Source: Nitrosopumilus sp. (GTDB taxonomy: Archaea; Thermoproteota; Nitrososphaeria; Nitrososphaerales; Nitrosopumilaceae). From it: a stretch of DNA of 64,000 nt. Where the stretch lies: positions 1,088,001 to 1,152,000 of the forward strand of contig OZ250186.1 in the NCBI GenBank assembly GCA_965238275.1. Direction: 5' to 3'. Below are positions 11,316-21,400 of this stretch, one piece after another. Made by a program: the position numbers and the translations under genes. The notes under the pieces are model-generated. The model was not told where the DNA came from, ran no database searches, and worked only from the letters and a program-made list of their open reading frames with translations. Position 1 is the stretch's first letter. Each line of letters opens with the position of its first letter.

Positions 11316-12573
11316 TATACCAGCAATGAAAAATTCATATCAAAATCGCTCATAAATTTTTGATGCAACAGCCGTCTCTGGAAATTACGAGGTGCGTTGA
11401 ATTCCCAAATGACGAGAAAAGACGCCCCGAACATTAGACATTGCATGCTCTGGTGCGCCGTGCATGGCACACGCTAGGCGGCGTGGGTCCGGTGCGGTTT
11501 GATGTCGTTCTAGATGGCCCTGTACAGAAAGTTTTCAACGACCAGATTCGGTTTTTTGTACCTCGTGTACCTGGTGATCGCCTCGCGGAGCATGCTCAGG
11601 CTGGTGTACGGCACGTCAAGCACTGCCCGTTTGAGATCCCCCGGTACGTCTCTATGGCGCTCAGGTCCGGGGTTGCAGTTGGCAGGAAGACTATCTCCAG
11701 GCCGTCTGTGCCATCAAGCAGTTTGCGTATGTTTGATGCCCTGTGCTGGGAGGCCTTGTCCATGATCAGGCAGATCTTCTTGAACCTGTACATCGCCTGC
11801 CTTAGAAAGTCCTCAAAGGTGTCCTTGGTAAACGCATCGTACTGCCGGAACATGCCCCTGCCGTCCGTGGTGATTAGTCCGTGGATTATCGTCTTGGAGT
11901 GTGAGCCGGTGTACGTGAAAAACGCCCGTATTCCCTTCCTGGTGTAGCCGCGTCTTCGCGGCCGCGCATCGGAGATTACTATGGACTCGTCCTGTATCGC
12001 TACGACTGTTCCTTCACTGTTCTTTTTTTTATAAGCTCTGGCATCTCTTTTTGGAATTTCCTGATCTCCTCGTCAGGCGCCCTTCTTGCATGTTTTCCTA
12101 CGGGAACCTTCTGGGAATAGCCCCACCCGCGCAGTATCTGGCGCACATATCCGAGTTCGTACCTTACTCCGGTCTTCTGTTGGATGTATTGCTGCATCTC
12201 CATGCCCGTCCAGACAGGTTTCCTGCATGCGGCCTTTCTGATCTTCTTCATGTCTGCCTTGCTCGCCTTGGTCGGCCTGCCGGAACGCGGCATGTTTCCC
12301 AGCCTGTCAAATCCGACTTCCAGGTAGCGCTCGTGCCACTTGTAGCCCCACGAGGCTGACTTTCCCAGGGATTTTGCAGAATCCCTCATGGTTATCCCGT
12401 CACGTTTGACTCTGATGATCAGCATCATGCGGTCCTTGGTATCGCAGTCTGTCTCAGCGGCGTATCTTTTCAACATCGTCTTGATCTTCATTGACTATGC
12501 TACGTGAAATAAGCATAATTTCACATGGAGTTAAAATATTTTACAATCACATCAATTTTTCATCTTTGGTATA
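11316..12573 (-). mobile_element. IS630-family element (HTH ORF 12000-12491 plus DDE ORF reached by -1 frameshift; extra frameshift near 11640)
   Basis: TA-flanked ends TATACCAGCAATGAAAAATT and TATACCAAAGATGAAAAATT; PRSGRP, IQDES, IMDKAS and PDLSAIE motifs; A8 run at 12023-12030. Confidence 0.9.
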
Positions 12574-12654
12574 CCTCTGACGGCGTGCCATGTGAACCAC
12601 TAATAAACATTCTTGCCAATGCGGGGGGGCTTACATACGTTAGTGAACACAAGA

Positions 12655-12849
12655 TTACGAAGAGCCCCGTAAGGCTTCAATGTCTTTCTTCATTTGATCG
12701 AGTTTGGTACAGTTGGCCTTTAGTTGCCCTTCCATCCCCGATACCTTGGTTTCAAGGCTTGCCATGCGTGCGCCGAGGTTGGTTTGTCCTGTCTCAAGAC
12801 GTTTGAATCCTGCCCTCATTTCCTTCACAATGTCGTCTATCGTGTTCAT
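12655..12849 (-). CDS. Small coiled-coil protein (64 aa)
   Basis: Heptad pattern; AT-rich TATA-like sequence upstream. Confidence 0.65.
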   Translation of the reverse strand: MNTIDDIVKEMRAGFKRLETGQTNLGARMASLETKVSGMEGQLKANCTKLDQMKKDIEALRGSS

Positions 12850-12973
12850 ATTACTAAAAGTAATTACTTATATCATATAAACTCTTTCTGTTGCCACTTT
12901 TTTCTCCCTACACGTTGAACGGGTCGAAATATCAGCGCGGCCTGACCGTGTTCACTAACGTATGTAAGCCCCT

Positions 12974-13409
12974 TTATTTTGGCGTCACGCCTAACTTGTT
13001 TTCAACCACGACTGATGCTAGTTCCTGTATTTCTCCGTATGCTTTTTTGGCGAGTGCCATATCCTGCATGTTGATGCCGTAAAAGAATCGAAGTCCCCAA
13101 AAAGTGGCGTCTTTTGTCAAAAACTCATTGGATTTATTGTTTCTGGCAATGTCTTCAGATATGTTGGCCCGTTCGCTGATGGCACATGAGCTCCAAAGGC
13201 TTGCCTGATCCTTGGTGTCCTGGGTGATTTTTTCTCCAGAATCCAAAAATTCCTTCCATCCCATGATCCTGCCCATGTATTTCATCAAGCCACATTGGCC
13301 TTGATGTAAAATAAGTCTTTTTTTTTGGCAAGATGGCCGGATCTGGAACAATTTGTTTGACGACCACGCCGATTCTGAATTGACTGCGTGCGCCATAGAA
13401 CTAGTCATG
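12974..13409 (-). pseudogene. Degraded helical protein fragment, possibly HEPN-like
   Basis: C-terminal part (DMALAKKAYGEIQELASVV) is coding-like; the 5' side abuts an IS66 end. Confidence 0.3.
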
Positions 13410-13497
13410 TAAAACCACCAATAGTGAGAACATGCATACTCCACCCGTTTTTCCAATCCGCCACGACATGGAACAATGCCAGTCAGACGTTTTTGTG

Positions 13498-13810
13498 GTA
13501 AGAGGTCGCCTTTGCGAAGTGATTCCGTGCCTGATTTGCCCCGATTAATTACCAACTGAGCTACGTTTTCGACCATAAATACCCGATTTAATTGCACGTT
13601 ATCAGTACGATCCGCAGGCAGGACAGTTTTCAAATCAAGGCTCACCTGCCGGATCTTTTGCGCCTCATTTTCCGGCAGGCACTATGTCCAAAAGCTTTAT
13701 GGATCATGTCTTCCCGTGTTGTGGCATGGTGCCTGTAATCGACTTGGAAAAGATTGACTGGAACTCCATAACCGACACAAAAGATCTCATGCAGAATGTG
13801 CCTGATTTAA
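13498..13810 (+). mobile_element. Truncated left end of the long-TIR IS66 element
   Basis: Starts GTAAGAGGTCGCCTTTGCGAAG and includes a diverged VIDLEKIDWNS start. Confidence 0.85.
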
Positions 13811-13886
13811 AAAACTGAATTAAATTGGGTTATTCCCACGTGCGCGGCACCACATGCGGCCGAATATCCACAGAATCGTAAAGCAT

Positions 13887-16160
13887 GTAAGAGGTCGCCT
13901 TTGCGAAGCGATTTCGTGCCTGATCTGCCCCGATTAATTACCAACTGAGCTACGTTTTTGGCCATAAATGCCCGATTAATTACACGTTATCAGCACGGTC
14001 TGCAGCATGGTGGTCTTCAGATCAAGGCATTTCCTGCAGGATGTTTTGCACCGTATTTTCCGGAGGCACTGCGTGCCCAAAAGCTTTATGGATCATGCCT
14101 TCCGGTGTTATGGCATGGTGCCTGTAATCGACCTGGAAAAGATTGACTGGAACTCCGTAACCGACACCAAGTCCCTCTTCGAATCCGTCCTTGACATGCT
14201 CAAATCCAAGGACGAGGAGAGCATGGCGCTGAGAAAAGACATCGAGCAGCTGAAGGAGGAGGCAGAGGCCTTCTCAGGGGAACACGCGATGCTGACGGAG
14301 ATGGACGCCAGGATCAAACTGCTGGAAGAAGAGAACGTGCAAAAGGACTCCGAGATAGAACAAAAGGACTCCGAGATAGAGCTGAAAGATGCAGAGATAG
14401 AGAATCTGGGAGGAGATATGGAGAATTTGAAGGTAGAGGTAGAGAAGCTGCGGGCAGAGAATGCCGCCCTCCTGCAGGGATGCGACGTCTCGCAGGCAGT
14501 CATGGACAGGATAGCCCGCCTGGAACGGCAGGCATCAGAGCATGCCTCTCAGTTAAGGGAGGCGCGCGCGGCCAACTCGGCGCTGGCAGCCGAGAATCTG
14601 GGCATCAAAAGCCGCCGCTCCCAGAAGCGGCTCCGGGAATCACCCGGGCCTGCACCAGACCCGTTCAGGAAGGTCGTCTGCCTGCGCACCGGCCGTGATC
14701 CTCCCCCGATATCCGAAAAAAAGCTAGTCGACATGCCCGCCTGCCCGCACGGCCATGCCCTCTCGAAGGAGCCCACCGAGGTGACCATCCGGGTAGTCGA
14801 GGAGATTATCGACGGGAAGCTGACCGGCATCCAGTATACCGTCGTCCGCAGGTACTGCAGGGAATGCGGCAGGCAGTTTGCCCCCGAGATCCCGGGGGTC
14901 GTCCCCGGTGGACGGTTCGGCGCCAGCCTGACGTGCCTTGAGACGACGATGAGGATGTACAACATTCCCTACGAACCCATCCGCAAGCTGATCAACATAA
15001 TCTACCACACGGACCTTGCAAAGTCGACTGTCATCGGCCACGTGGATGCCGTGACAGGATCCCTCCACCCGCTCTACGAGGAGATGCTCAAGGAGATATT
15101 CTTCTCAGAGCATGTCTTCGGGGACGAGACCAGCTGGAGGGTAGCCGGTGTGCTGTACTGGCTGTGGATACTAGTCGGTGACAGCTCGACTGTCTTTTAC
15201 GTGGACAAGCGCCGGGGAGGAGACGTGCTGGAGACCCTGCTTGGGGGGTACGCAGGCCACGTCACCTCTGATTCACACTCCGCGTGGAACCGCATCGGCA
15301 GGACCCACCAAAAGTGCCACTACCACTACCTCCGCGAGATCATCCGCACCCTGACCATGAAAAACCCGGGGCCAGAATTCAAAAAGTTTGCCAAGGCCCT
15401 AAAGGGGATAATCATCGATTCCTGGCACGCAGAGAAGGGACTCAACCCGAACGATGATGCGGCCGCGCGAAACCTCAAGGTGCGCAACCTCCTGGCCCGG
15501 GTGAGGCGCCTGATGTCTGGCAGCTACGCCGAACCCCACTGCAAGCGGTTTGTCAAGCGGCTGCGGCGCGAGATCACCCACCTGTTCCCATTCATCCGCC
15601 TCAGCACAAAGTGCCATAACAACGATGCCGAGCGCCCCCTGCGGCCCAGCGTCGCATCCCGGAAGGTCTCAGGCGGCAGCAAGAGCCTTGCCGGCGCATA
15701 CAACCACGCCGTCCTGGCCAGCATCCGCGAGACGTGCAGGATGCGCGGCGTCAACCCGCACGACTTTTTGGTCGACTACATGCGAGGCATGGTCGAAAAA
15801 ATACCGGCAGCAGCAGCAGCGGCAGCAACTGCATAAATCCTGCAAAATCCATCCATGGCTGCCCTGCATGTCCTGCGCGACCCCCACAGCACCGGTTGCC
15901 TGACACATGTCAGGCCGCCGTGCCGGCCCGCCACCCGATTCGGGCACAACGCACCACGCCCGACAGCACCAAAAAAGGCCCACTTCGCAAGTCCGATCAC
16001 CGGATCGGCCAAAATGCAGCTCAGCCGAGCCTCATCCCCGCCCGGAAAAAACCCTGAATAATGCCAATTAAATGGGCATTTATGGCCGAAAACGTAGCTC
16101 AGTTGGTAATTAATCGGGGCAGATCAGGCACGAAATCGCTTCGCAAAGGCGACCTCTTAC
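13887..16160 (+). mobile_element. IS66-family single-ORF element with about 87-bp TIRs, copy 1; no matching TSD
   Basis: GTAA...TTAC ends; nearly identical to 58069-60281. Confidence 0.92.
14007..15836 (+). CDS. IS66 transposase with N-terminal coiled coil (true start may be near 14115)
   Basis: CPHGH and CRECG zinc finger; GDETSWRV, VTSDSH, HQKCHYH and HNNDAERPLRP motifs. Confidence 0.92.
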   Translation: MVVFRSRHFLQDVLHRIFRRHCVPKSFMDHAFRCYGMVPVIDLEKIDWNSVTDTKSLFESVLDMLKSKDEESMALRKDIEQLKEEAEAFSGEHAMLTEMDARIKLLEEENVQKDSEIEQKDSEIELKDAEIENLGGDMENLKVEVEKLRAENAALLQGCDVSQAVMDRIARLERQASEHASQLREARAANSALAAENLGIKSRRSQKRLRESPGPAPDPFRKVVCLRTGRDPPPISEKKLVDMPACPHGHALSKEPTEVTIRVVEEIIDGKLTGIQYTVVRRYCRECGRQFAPEIPGVVPGGRFGASLTCLETTMRMYNIPYEPIRKLINIIYHTDLAKSTVIGHVDAVTGSLHPLYEEMLKEIFFSEHVFGDETSWRVAGVLYWLWILVGDSSTVFYVDKRRGGDVLETLLGGYAGHVTSDSHSAWNRIGRTHQKCHYHYLREIIRTLTMKNPGPEFKKFAKALKGIIIDSWHAEKGLNPNDDAAARNLKVRNLLARVRRLMSGSYAEPHCKRFVKRLRREITHLFPFIRLSTKCHNNDAERPLRPSVASRKVSGGSKSLAGAYNHAVLASIRETCRMRGVNPHDFLVDYMRGMVEKIPAAAAAAATA

Positions 16161-16623
16161 GATAGTGCTTGCAGAACTCTCACCTAGCGTGGCAAACGCC
16201 GTGATGCTGAAGCTCACCAGTCGCGGAATCATAAAACAGGTGAATGAAAAACCGGCAAAATACGCCCTAAGGGCGCCCGTCCCGGCATCCCCGAACGGCC
16301 TCGTAGGCATAGACCGGCCTTACAAAAACAGCATGATGGACGCCAATCCGGGAAACCGCATGATAGGCCTTCTCGTGTCAATCGGCGGCATAGAGGAACG
16401 TCTTGGAAAGGTTTGGCCCGGGTGCAAAATGATCTCGGCAGAGCAGGTGTATTACCCGTACTATGACGTGCGGTACGAGATGTCTGACGGCGGCAAGAGG
16501 AACGAGATGATAGACGGCATCACGGGCAACCCGCAAAAATACCTGGCAGAAGTCATGTCAGAAGCCACGGCGGAATCTGCTGCGGATACAGGCAACAGCG
16601 ATTTGCCACCAGGGCGGTCCTGA
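16161..16623 (+). pseudogene. C-terminal fragment of a larger protein (wHTH plus YYPYY...IDGITG tail), 5' part lost at the IS66 end
   Basis: The frame is open from the IS boundary; the tail resembles C-termini of archaeal HerA-like ATPases (inference). Confidence 0.55.
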
Positions 16624-16709
16624 CAGGCTCTTCAAAAACGGTTCTTGCCTCAAGCCTGCCTGCTTGGCGCGTGCCGGTACGGCGCGTTTGAGTGTGGTAG
16701 TAGGCGCGG

Positions 16710-16928
16710 CTATGGGCCTGGATAGCCAAGGTACGGGCTTGAAGTGTCGCAGTCATTGCACCACCCGTAGCATCCTTCTTCTTCCGTATGGTATTGCCTG
16801 CCGCAATAAACGCACAGGCCGTTTTCCCTGCGCCTGGCCCATTCTTCATCGCAATTATCATGCGTGTGGTGAAATTTGTCTGATTCTTCTTTGGACAACT
16901 CCCTGCCGCAATATGCACATCCTGCCAT
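16710..16928 (-). CDS. Double zinc-finger microprotein, family member 2
   Basis: CAYC...HDNCDEEWARR...CVYCG...CNDC...PYLGY. Confidence 0.8.
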   Translation of the reverse strand: MAGCAYCGRELSKEESDKFHHTHDNCDEEWARRRENGLCVYCGRQYHTEEEGCYGWCNDCDTSSPYLGYPGP

Positions 16929-17129
16929 GCTGCAAAAACACGTGGATGGCATAAGGAGAAAATCAAATGCCCGGTTGCGTGGCCGCGCCGCATGAAACCG
17001 GGATCGCAACGGCTGCCCGCGACGCTGCGTAAAACCAAATGCCGCTTTTATCAGATTGACGGCATCATGCCGTGGAGAAGCAATGCGAACCAACAGTACC
17101 TTTATTTCATTGACATACGTATCAATAGT

Positions 17130-17300
17130 ATGGGGACAGATGAAGAGATCGAATGCATAAAAAACGAGATGCGTGAAGTGGCCACGAATGCTATGTCAAT
17201 TGCCAAAGACGGCGAAACAAAAGAGGATTTGGAAAATGTAAAATCCCAAACCGAGGAGCTGGCACGATTGGGTAACAAGTTAAAACAAGCTGTGGAGTAA
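17130..17300 (+). CDS. Acidic helical-hairpin peptide A of cassette 1 (56 aa)
   Basis: MGTDEEIECIKNEMREVA...KLKQAVE; TTTATTT about 25 bp upstream. Confidence 0.7.
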   Translation: MGTDEEIECIKNEMREVATNAMSIAKDGETKEDLENVKSQTEELARLGNKLKQAVE

Positions 17301-17304
17301 CACC

Positions 17305-17459
17305 ATGGCTGAAACAGAACGATTTAGAGAAGTACTACAGCATGTATATTCCCTCCTTAACGGCTTGTAAATGAATACTTGGCCAGTGGCGGCGTCAGGG
17401 GCAATATCGACTTTATCTCGCAACTTATAGACGAAATATTGAGGTTGTTGGGGTTATGA
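17305..17459 (+). pseudogene. Helical peptide B of cassette 1, frameshifted near 17363
   Basis: MAETERFREVLQHVYSLLNG / LVNEYLASGGVRGNIDFISQLIDEILRLLGL; the stop overlaps the next ATG (ATGA). Confidence 0.6.
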
Positions 17460-17878
17460 GGCTGCTTGCGTATGTGGATCTTGGCGCACTGGTGTTCTGC
17501 ATCGTTTCACTGGGCGTGATTGTATGGGATGTATATTCGCATGACTGGGCATGGGACACATACCACCCGATATGGATTACCATACTTGTCGGCATAGGAG
17601 CGTTCTGGATGTTCTTCATCATATCCTCATGGCCCAAACCTGCCACGCAGTTTCTTGTAACAAGATCCTGGTTTGCCCTGGGGGGTGCCGGGCTTGGCTG
17701 GTTTTATGCCTTGGGGCTTGTCGCAGTCATGGTGAACCACTATACTCCTGATGCCGTTTTTTTGATCGGGTGTGTTGGCGCTCTCCTCACCAATGCACGG
17801 GCAGTCATACCTGAAACGTTCTCTGTCATTGTATTTTTGCAAAACAGACGCAAGTACAAGTTTGAGTTTGAAAGATAA
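17456..17878 (+). CDS. 4-TM membrane protein, paralog of 32497-32907
   Basis: Four hydrophobic segments; WPKP...SWFALGGAG...NARAVIP. Confidence 0.8.
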   Translation: MRLLAYVDLGALVFCIVSLGVIVWDVYSHDWAWDTYHPIWITILVGIGAFWMFFIISSWPKPATQFLVTRSWFALGGAGLGWFYALGLVAVMVNHYTPDAVFLIGCVGALLTNARAVIPETFSVIVFLQNRRKYKFEFER

Positions 17879-17882
17879 CTCT

Positions 17883-17928
17883 TGTGTTGGTAAATTAGGT
17901 GATCAGGCCGGTAGATTTTACCAGCACC
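17883..17928. repeat. Degenerate 46-bp palindromic MITE
   Basis: GTGTTGGTAAATTAGGTGATC...TTTTACCAGCACC. Confidence 0.55.
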
Positions 17929-18050
17929 CTTCAATTTGCGGATTTTGTTGCGTACGCGGCATAAGGGGCTTAATCACGATCCGTGAAGTCTTTAGCGAAG
18001 GCGCGGCGCTAAACCAAGTGCCGCTTTTATCAGATTGACGGCGTCATGCC

Positions 18051-18134
18051 ATGGAGAAACAGTGCGACATCTGCTGGTACAGGTATGACCGCGAGGCGCG
18101 CCGTTCGTGTCCCAACTGCGGGGAAACCAGTTAG
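18051..18134 (+). CDS. 27-aa CPxCG zinc-ribbon microprotein (not in the ORF track)
   Basis: MEKQCDICWYRYDREARRSCPNCGETS; CTTTTAT TATA-like box at 18024-18030. Confidence 0.65.
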   Translation: MEKQCDICWYRYDREARRSCPNCGETS

Positions 18135-18170
18135 TTTCTGCTCCTTTTATGTCATCATGCGTCTTGTATC

Positions 18171-18329
18171 ATGCCCCCTGTCCTGCTGCTGGTAAACGAA
18201 CTCAAATGCGAATTCTGCAAGCATTCCCTGTTTTATGACGCGATTGAATTCAAGCAGATGGTTGATGCCCACAGCGCGTGGGAGGAACGCGGGTGTCCTG
18301 CGTGCGGCATGAAATCATCGTACGGCTAA
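18171..18329 (+). CDS. 52-aa CPxCG zinc-ribbon microprotein (not in the ORF track)
   Basis: CEFC ... CPACG; CTTTTAT at 18144-18150. Confidence 0.65.
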   Translation: MPPVLLLVNELKCEFCKHSLFYDAIEFKQMVDAHSAWEERGCPACGMKSSYG

Positions 18330-18407
18330 ACCCGTTTCGTGTGGATTTGACTGTGCCTGAATGCCGATTCAACATAACCCCTTTTATTTGATTCATTCTT
18401 GCCTTTC

Positions 18408-21400
18408 ATGCCAAACCGCCAAACAAGCAAGTTCAGGAAGAGAAGCGGCACGGTAGTCGGGTTCGACCCCGACAAGATAAGGCGCGTCATACAGATGGCG
18501 CTGACTGCAGACGGAAAGGAAGACGAATCCCTGGCCACGTCGTTTACCGCGCAGGTAGTGGAGAGGCTGGAATCCGAAGGCCAGGAGATGCAGTCCTCCG
18601 AGCACGTCCAGGATCTCGTCGAACTGGTTTTGATAGACAACGGGTACAGCGGAACCGCCAAGTCGCTCATCATACATCGTTACGAAAACCGCAAGATCAA
18701 GGACGAGAAGAAGACTCTCCTGAACATACAGACGCTTGATCCCGTGTCCAAGAAATTCGGGCTGAACAGCCTGCGCGTGCTGGCCTCAAGATGCCTGATG
18801 AAAAACCCGAACGGCGACGTGATAGAGACGCCGGCGCAGTGCCTGGAACGGGTCGCAACCGGCGTGGGGCTGGCAGACATGCTGTATTCGCAAGACACGT
18901 TTGACGTGGACGGCGGACACGAACAGGATGTAACGGAGGCGCGGGCGTACCTGAAAAAACTCGACGCGTTTGACAACAAGTTTTACATCGGCAAATACTA
19001 TTTGAACAAGTACCATTTTCGCTCCCTGATCAACCACTACGTCAGGCTGTGCGACGGCGGCCACATGAAAGTCTCGTTCAAGGGGGTGCTGACCATGCTG
19101 GCGCAGAAGAAATTCGCCCACCTGGAGTCGACAATACAACGGTATTACGACGTCATGGAGGCGCAGGACTTCCTTCCAAACTCGCCTACGCTGATGAATG
19201 CCGGCGGCAAGCTGGGCCAGTTGTCAGCGTGCTTCGTGCTGGACGTCGGGGACAACCTTGGCGACATCATGGACACGGCCAGCCATACGGCAAAGATATT
19301 CCAGTCCGGCGGCGGAGTCGGGATCAACTACTCCAAGATAAGGCAGGAAGGCGAGATGGTGGCGTCCACGTTCGGCGTCGCGTCCGGCCCGGTTTCATTC
19401 ATGAACATAATCAATACGGTGACCGAGGTGGTAAAGCAAGGCGGGAAGCGGCGCGGTGCCAACATGGGCATCATGGAGGTCTGGCACCCGGACATCGAGA
19501 AGTTCATCACCAAAAAGACCGAACCTGGCGAATTGGAGAACTTTAACGTCAGCGTCGGCATCTGGGAGGATCTTTGGGAGGCGCTGAAGAACGGCGACGA
19601 ATACTACATGCTAAGGGACCCGCGGGACCAGCAAGTTGCCGGCAGGATCAACCTGCACCACCTCATGGACATCATATCGCATTCGGCATGGAAATCGGGC
19701 GAGCCCGGGCTGCTGTTCTTTGACCGCGTCAACCAGTACAACGTGTTTGCCAAAGCAAGGGGCGGTCCGCTAAGGACGACCAACCCGTGCGTGACGGGCG
19801 ATACGCTCGTGTCGACGCGTGACGGGCTGCAGCGAATCGAAAGCCTTTGGGAATCGCAGAAAGACATCGAGGTGGCAGTGGATGGCAGAATGGGCGGAAA
19901 GACGTTCAGGCGAGCGCCAAAAGTGATTGCAAGCGGCATCAAGGACGTCTGGCGGCTTGTAACGCGGGAAGGATATGAAGTCAGGCTGACGCGGGATCAC
20001 CGCGTCATGACGGACCGTGGATGGGTGGCGGCATCTGATCTCGACGGCGGTGACATGATACATATCATGAACCGCAAGGGCGGGTTTGGCGATGCCGGCT
20101 CGTACGAGATTGGAATGATTCTAGGGTGGCTGGTAGGGGATGGTACGTTGAAGACAGAAAGGGTGGTGTTGCCGTTCTTCGGGGAGAAAAAGGAACTGGC
20201 CCCGAAGTTTGCCCAGATGATGGAGATGGTGGTGCCTGCGGGCGTAGGCAAGAAAAAATACTATTCCATAAGCGTGTGTGAAATAAAGGGACGGGACGAG
20301 GTGCGCGTCAGCTCCGCGAGGTTTTTGAAGATTGCAGCGCAATACGGGCTCAGGTCTGGGCACAAGAATTTGGTGCCCGAGCAGGTGTTCCAGGGTACAG
20401 AAGGGATGCAGAAGGGATTTTTGAGGGCATTGTTCTCTGCAGACGGGCATATTAACAAGAGCGGCGGCATGACAGTGCGGCTTACTTCAATCTCGCACGG
20501 CATGTTGGTTGATGTCCAGCGCCTGCTCCTGAATTTTGGGATAGCCAGCAGGATATACAAGGACAGGCGTCAGGCAGGAACGCGCAACCTTCCAAATGGC
20601 AAGGGCGGGCTGTCGCAATACCATTGTAAGGCATGTCATGATTTGGCGATAAGCAAGGACAATGTATGCAGGTTTGCCACAGAGATAGGTTTTCTTACAA
20701 GGAAAAAACAGGACCGTCTTCTTGCCGACTTGGGTGCCTACACGAATGGGCCGAAAAAAGAGGGATTCGTGACTAGGTTTCAAGAACTTGTCCATGAGGG
20801 AGAGGAGCAGGTGTTTGACATTGTGGAACCAGAGACTCATTCATTTATTGGTAACTCATATGTTATGCACAATTGCGGTGAACAGAATTTATATCCATAT
20901 GAATCCTGTAACTTAGGATCTATCAACGTCTCCAACATGACAAAGGACGGCAAATTCGACTGGGAACGGTACGAGGCGCTGATAAGGATGTGCGCAAGAT
21001 TCCTGGACTGCATCATAGACGTCAACGAATACCCAATACCGGAGATTGAAACGGCGAGCATAGAGAGCCGCCGCACCGGCCTGGGCGTAATGGGTGTGGC
21101 TGACCTGCTGTTCAAGCTGGGAATCCCGTACAACTCCAAGCGCGGGTACGAACTGCAGGACAGGCTTGCAGAGGCCATTTCGTATTTTTCAATGGACGAG
21201 AGCGTCGAGATTGCAAAGGAGCGCGGGCCGTTCCCGCTGTGCTCAAAATCCGAATACCCAGACGGCAAGATCCCGATATCAGGGTACTATGAAAAGACCG
21301 GCCACAGGCACGACTGGAACGGGCTGATAGAACGGATCAAGGAACACGGCATACGCAACGTCCTCACGACCACCGTGGCTCCCACGGGCTCGCTTGGAAT

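Larger units (their letters stand above)
17032..18067 (+). repeat. 57-bp imperfect direct repeats (17032-17088 and 18011-18067) bracketing cassette 1
   Basis: AAACCAARTGCCGCTTTTATCAGATTGACGGCRTCATGCCRTGGAGAARCARTGCGA, 5 mismatches. Confidence 0.85.
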
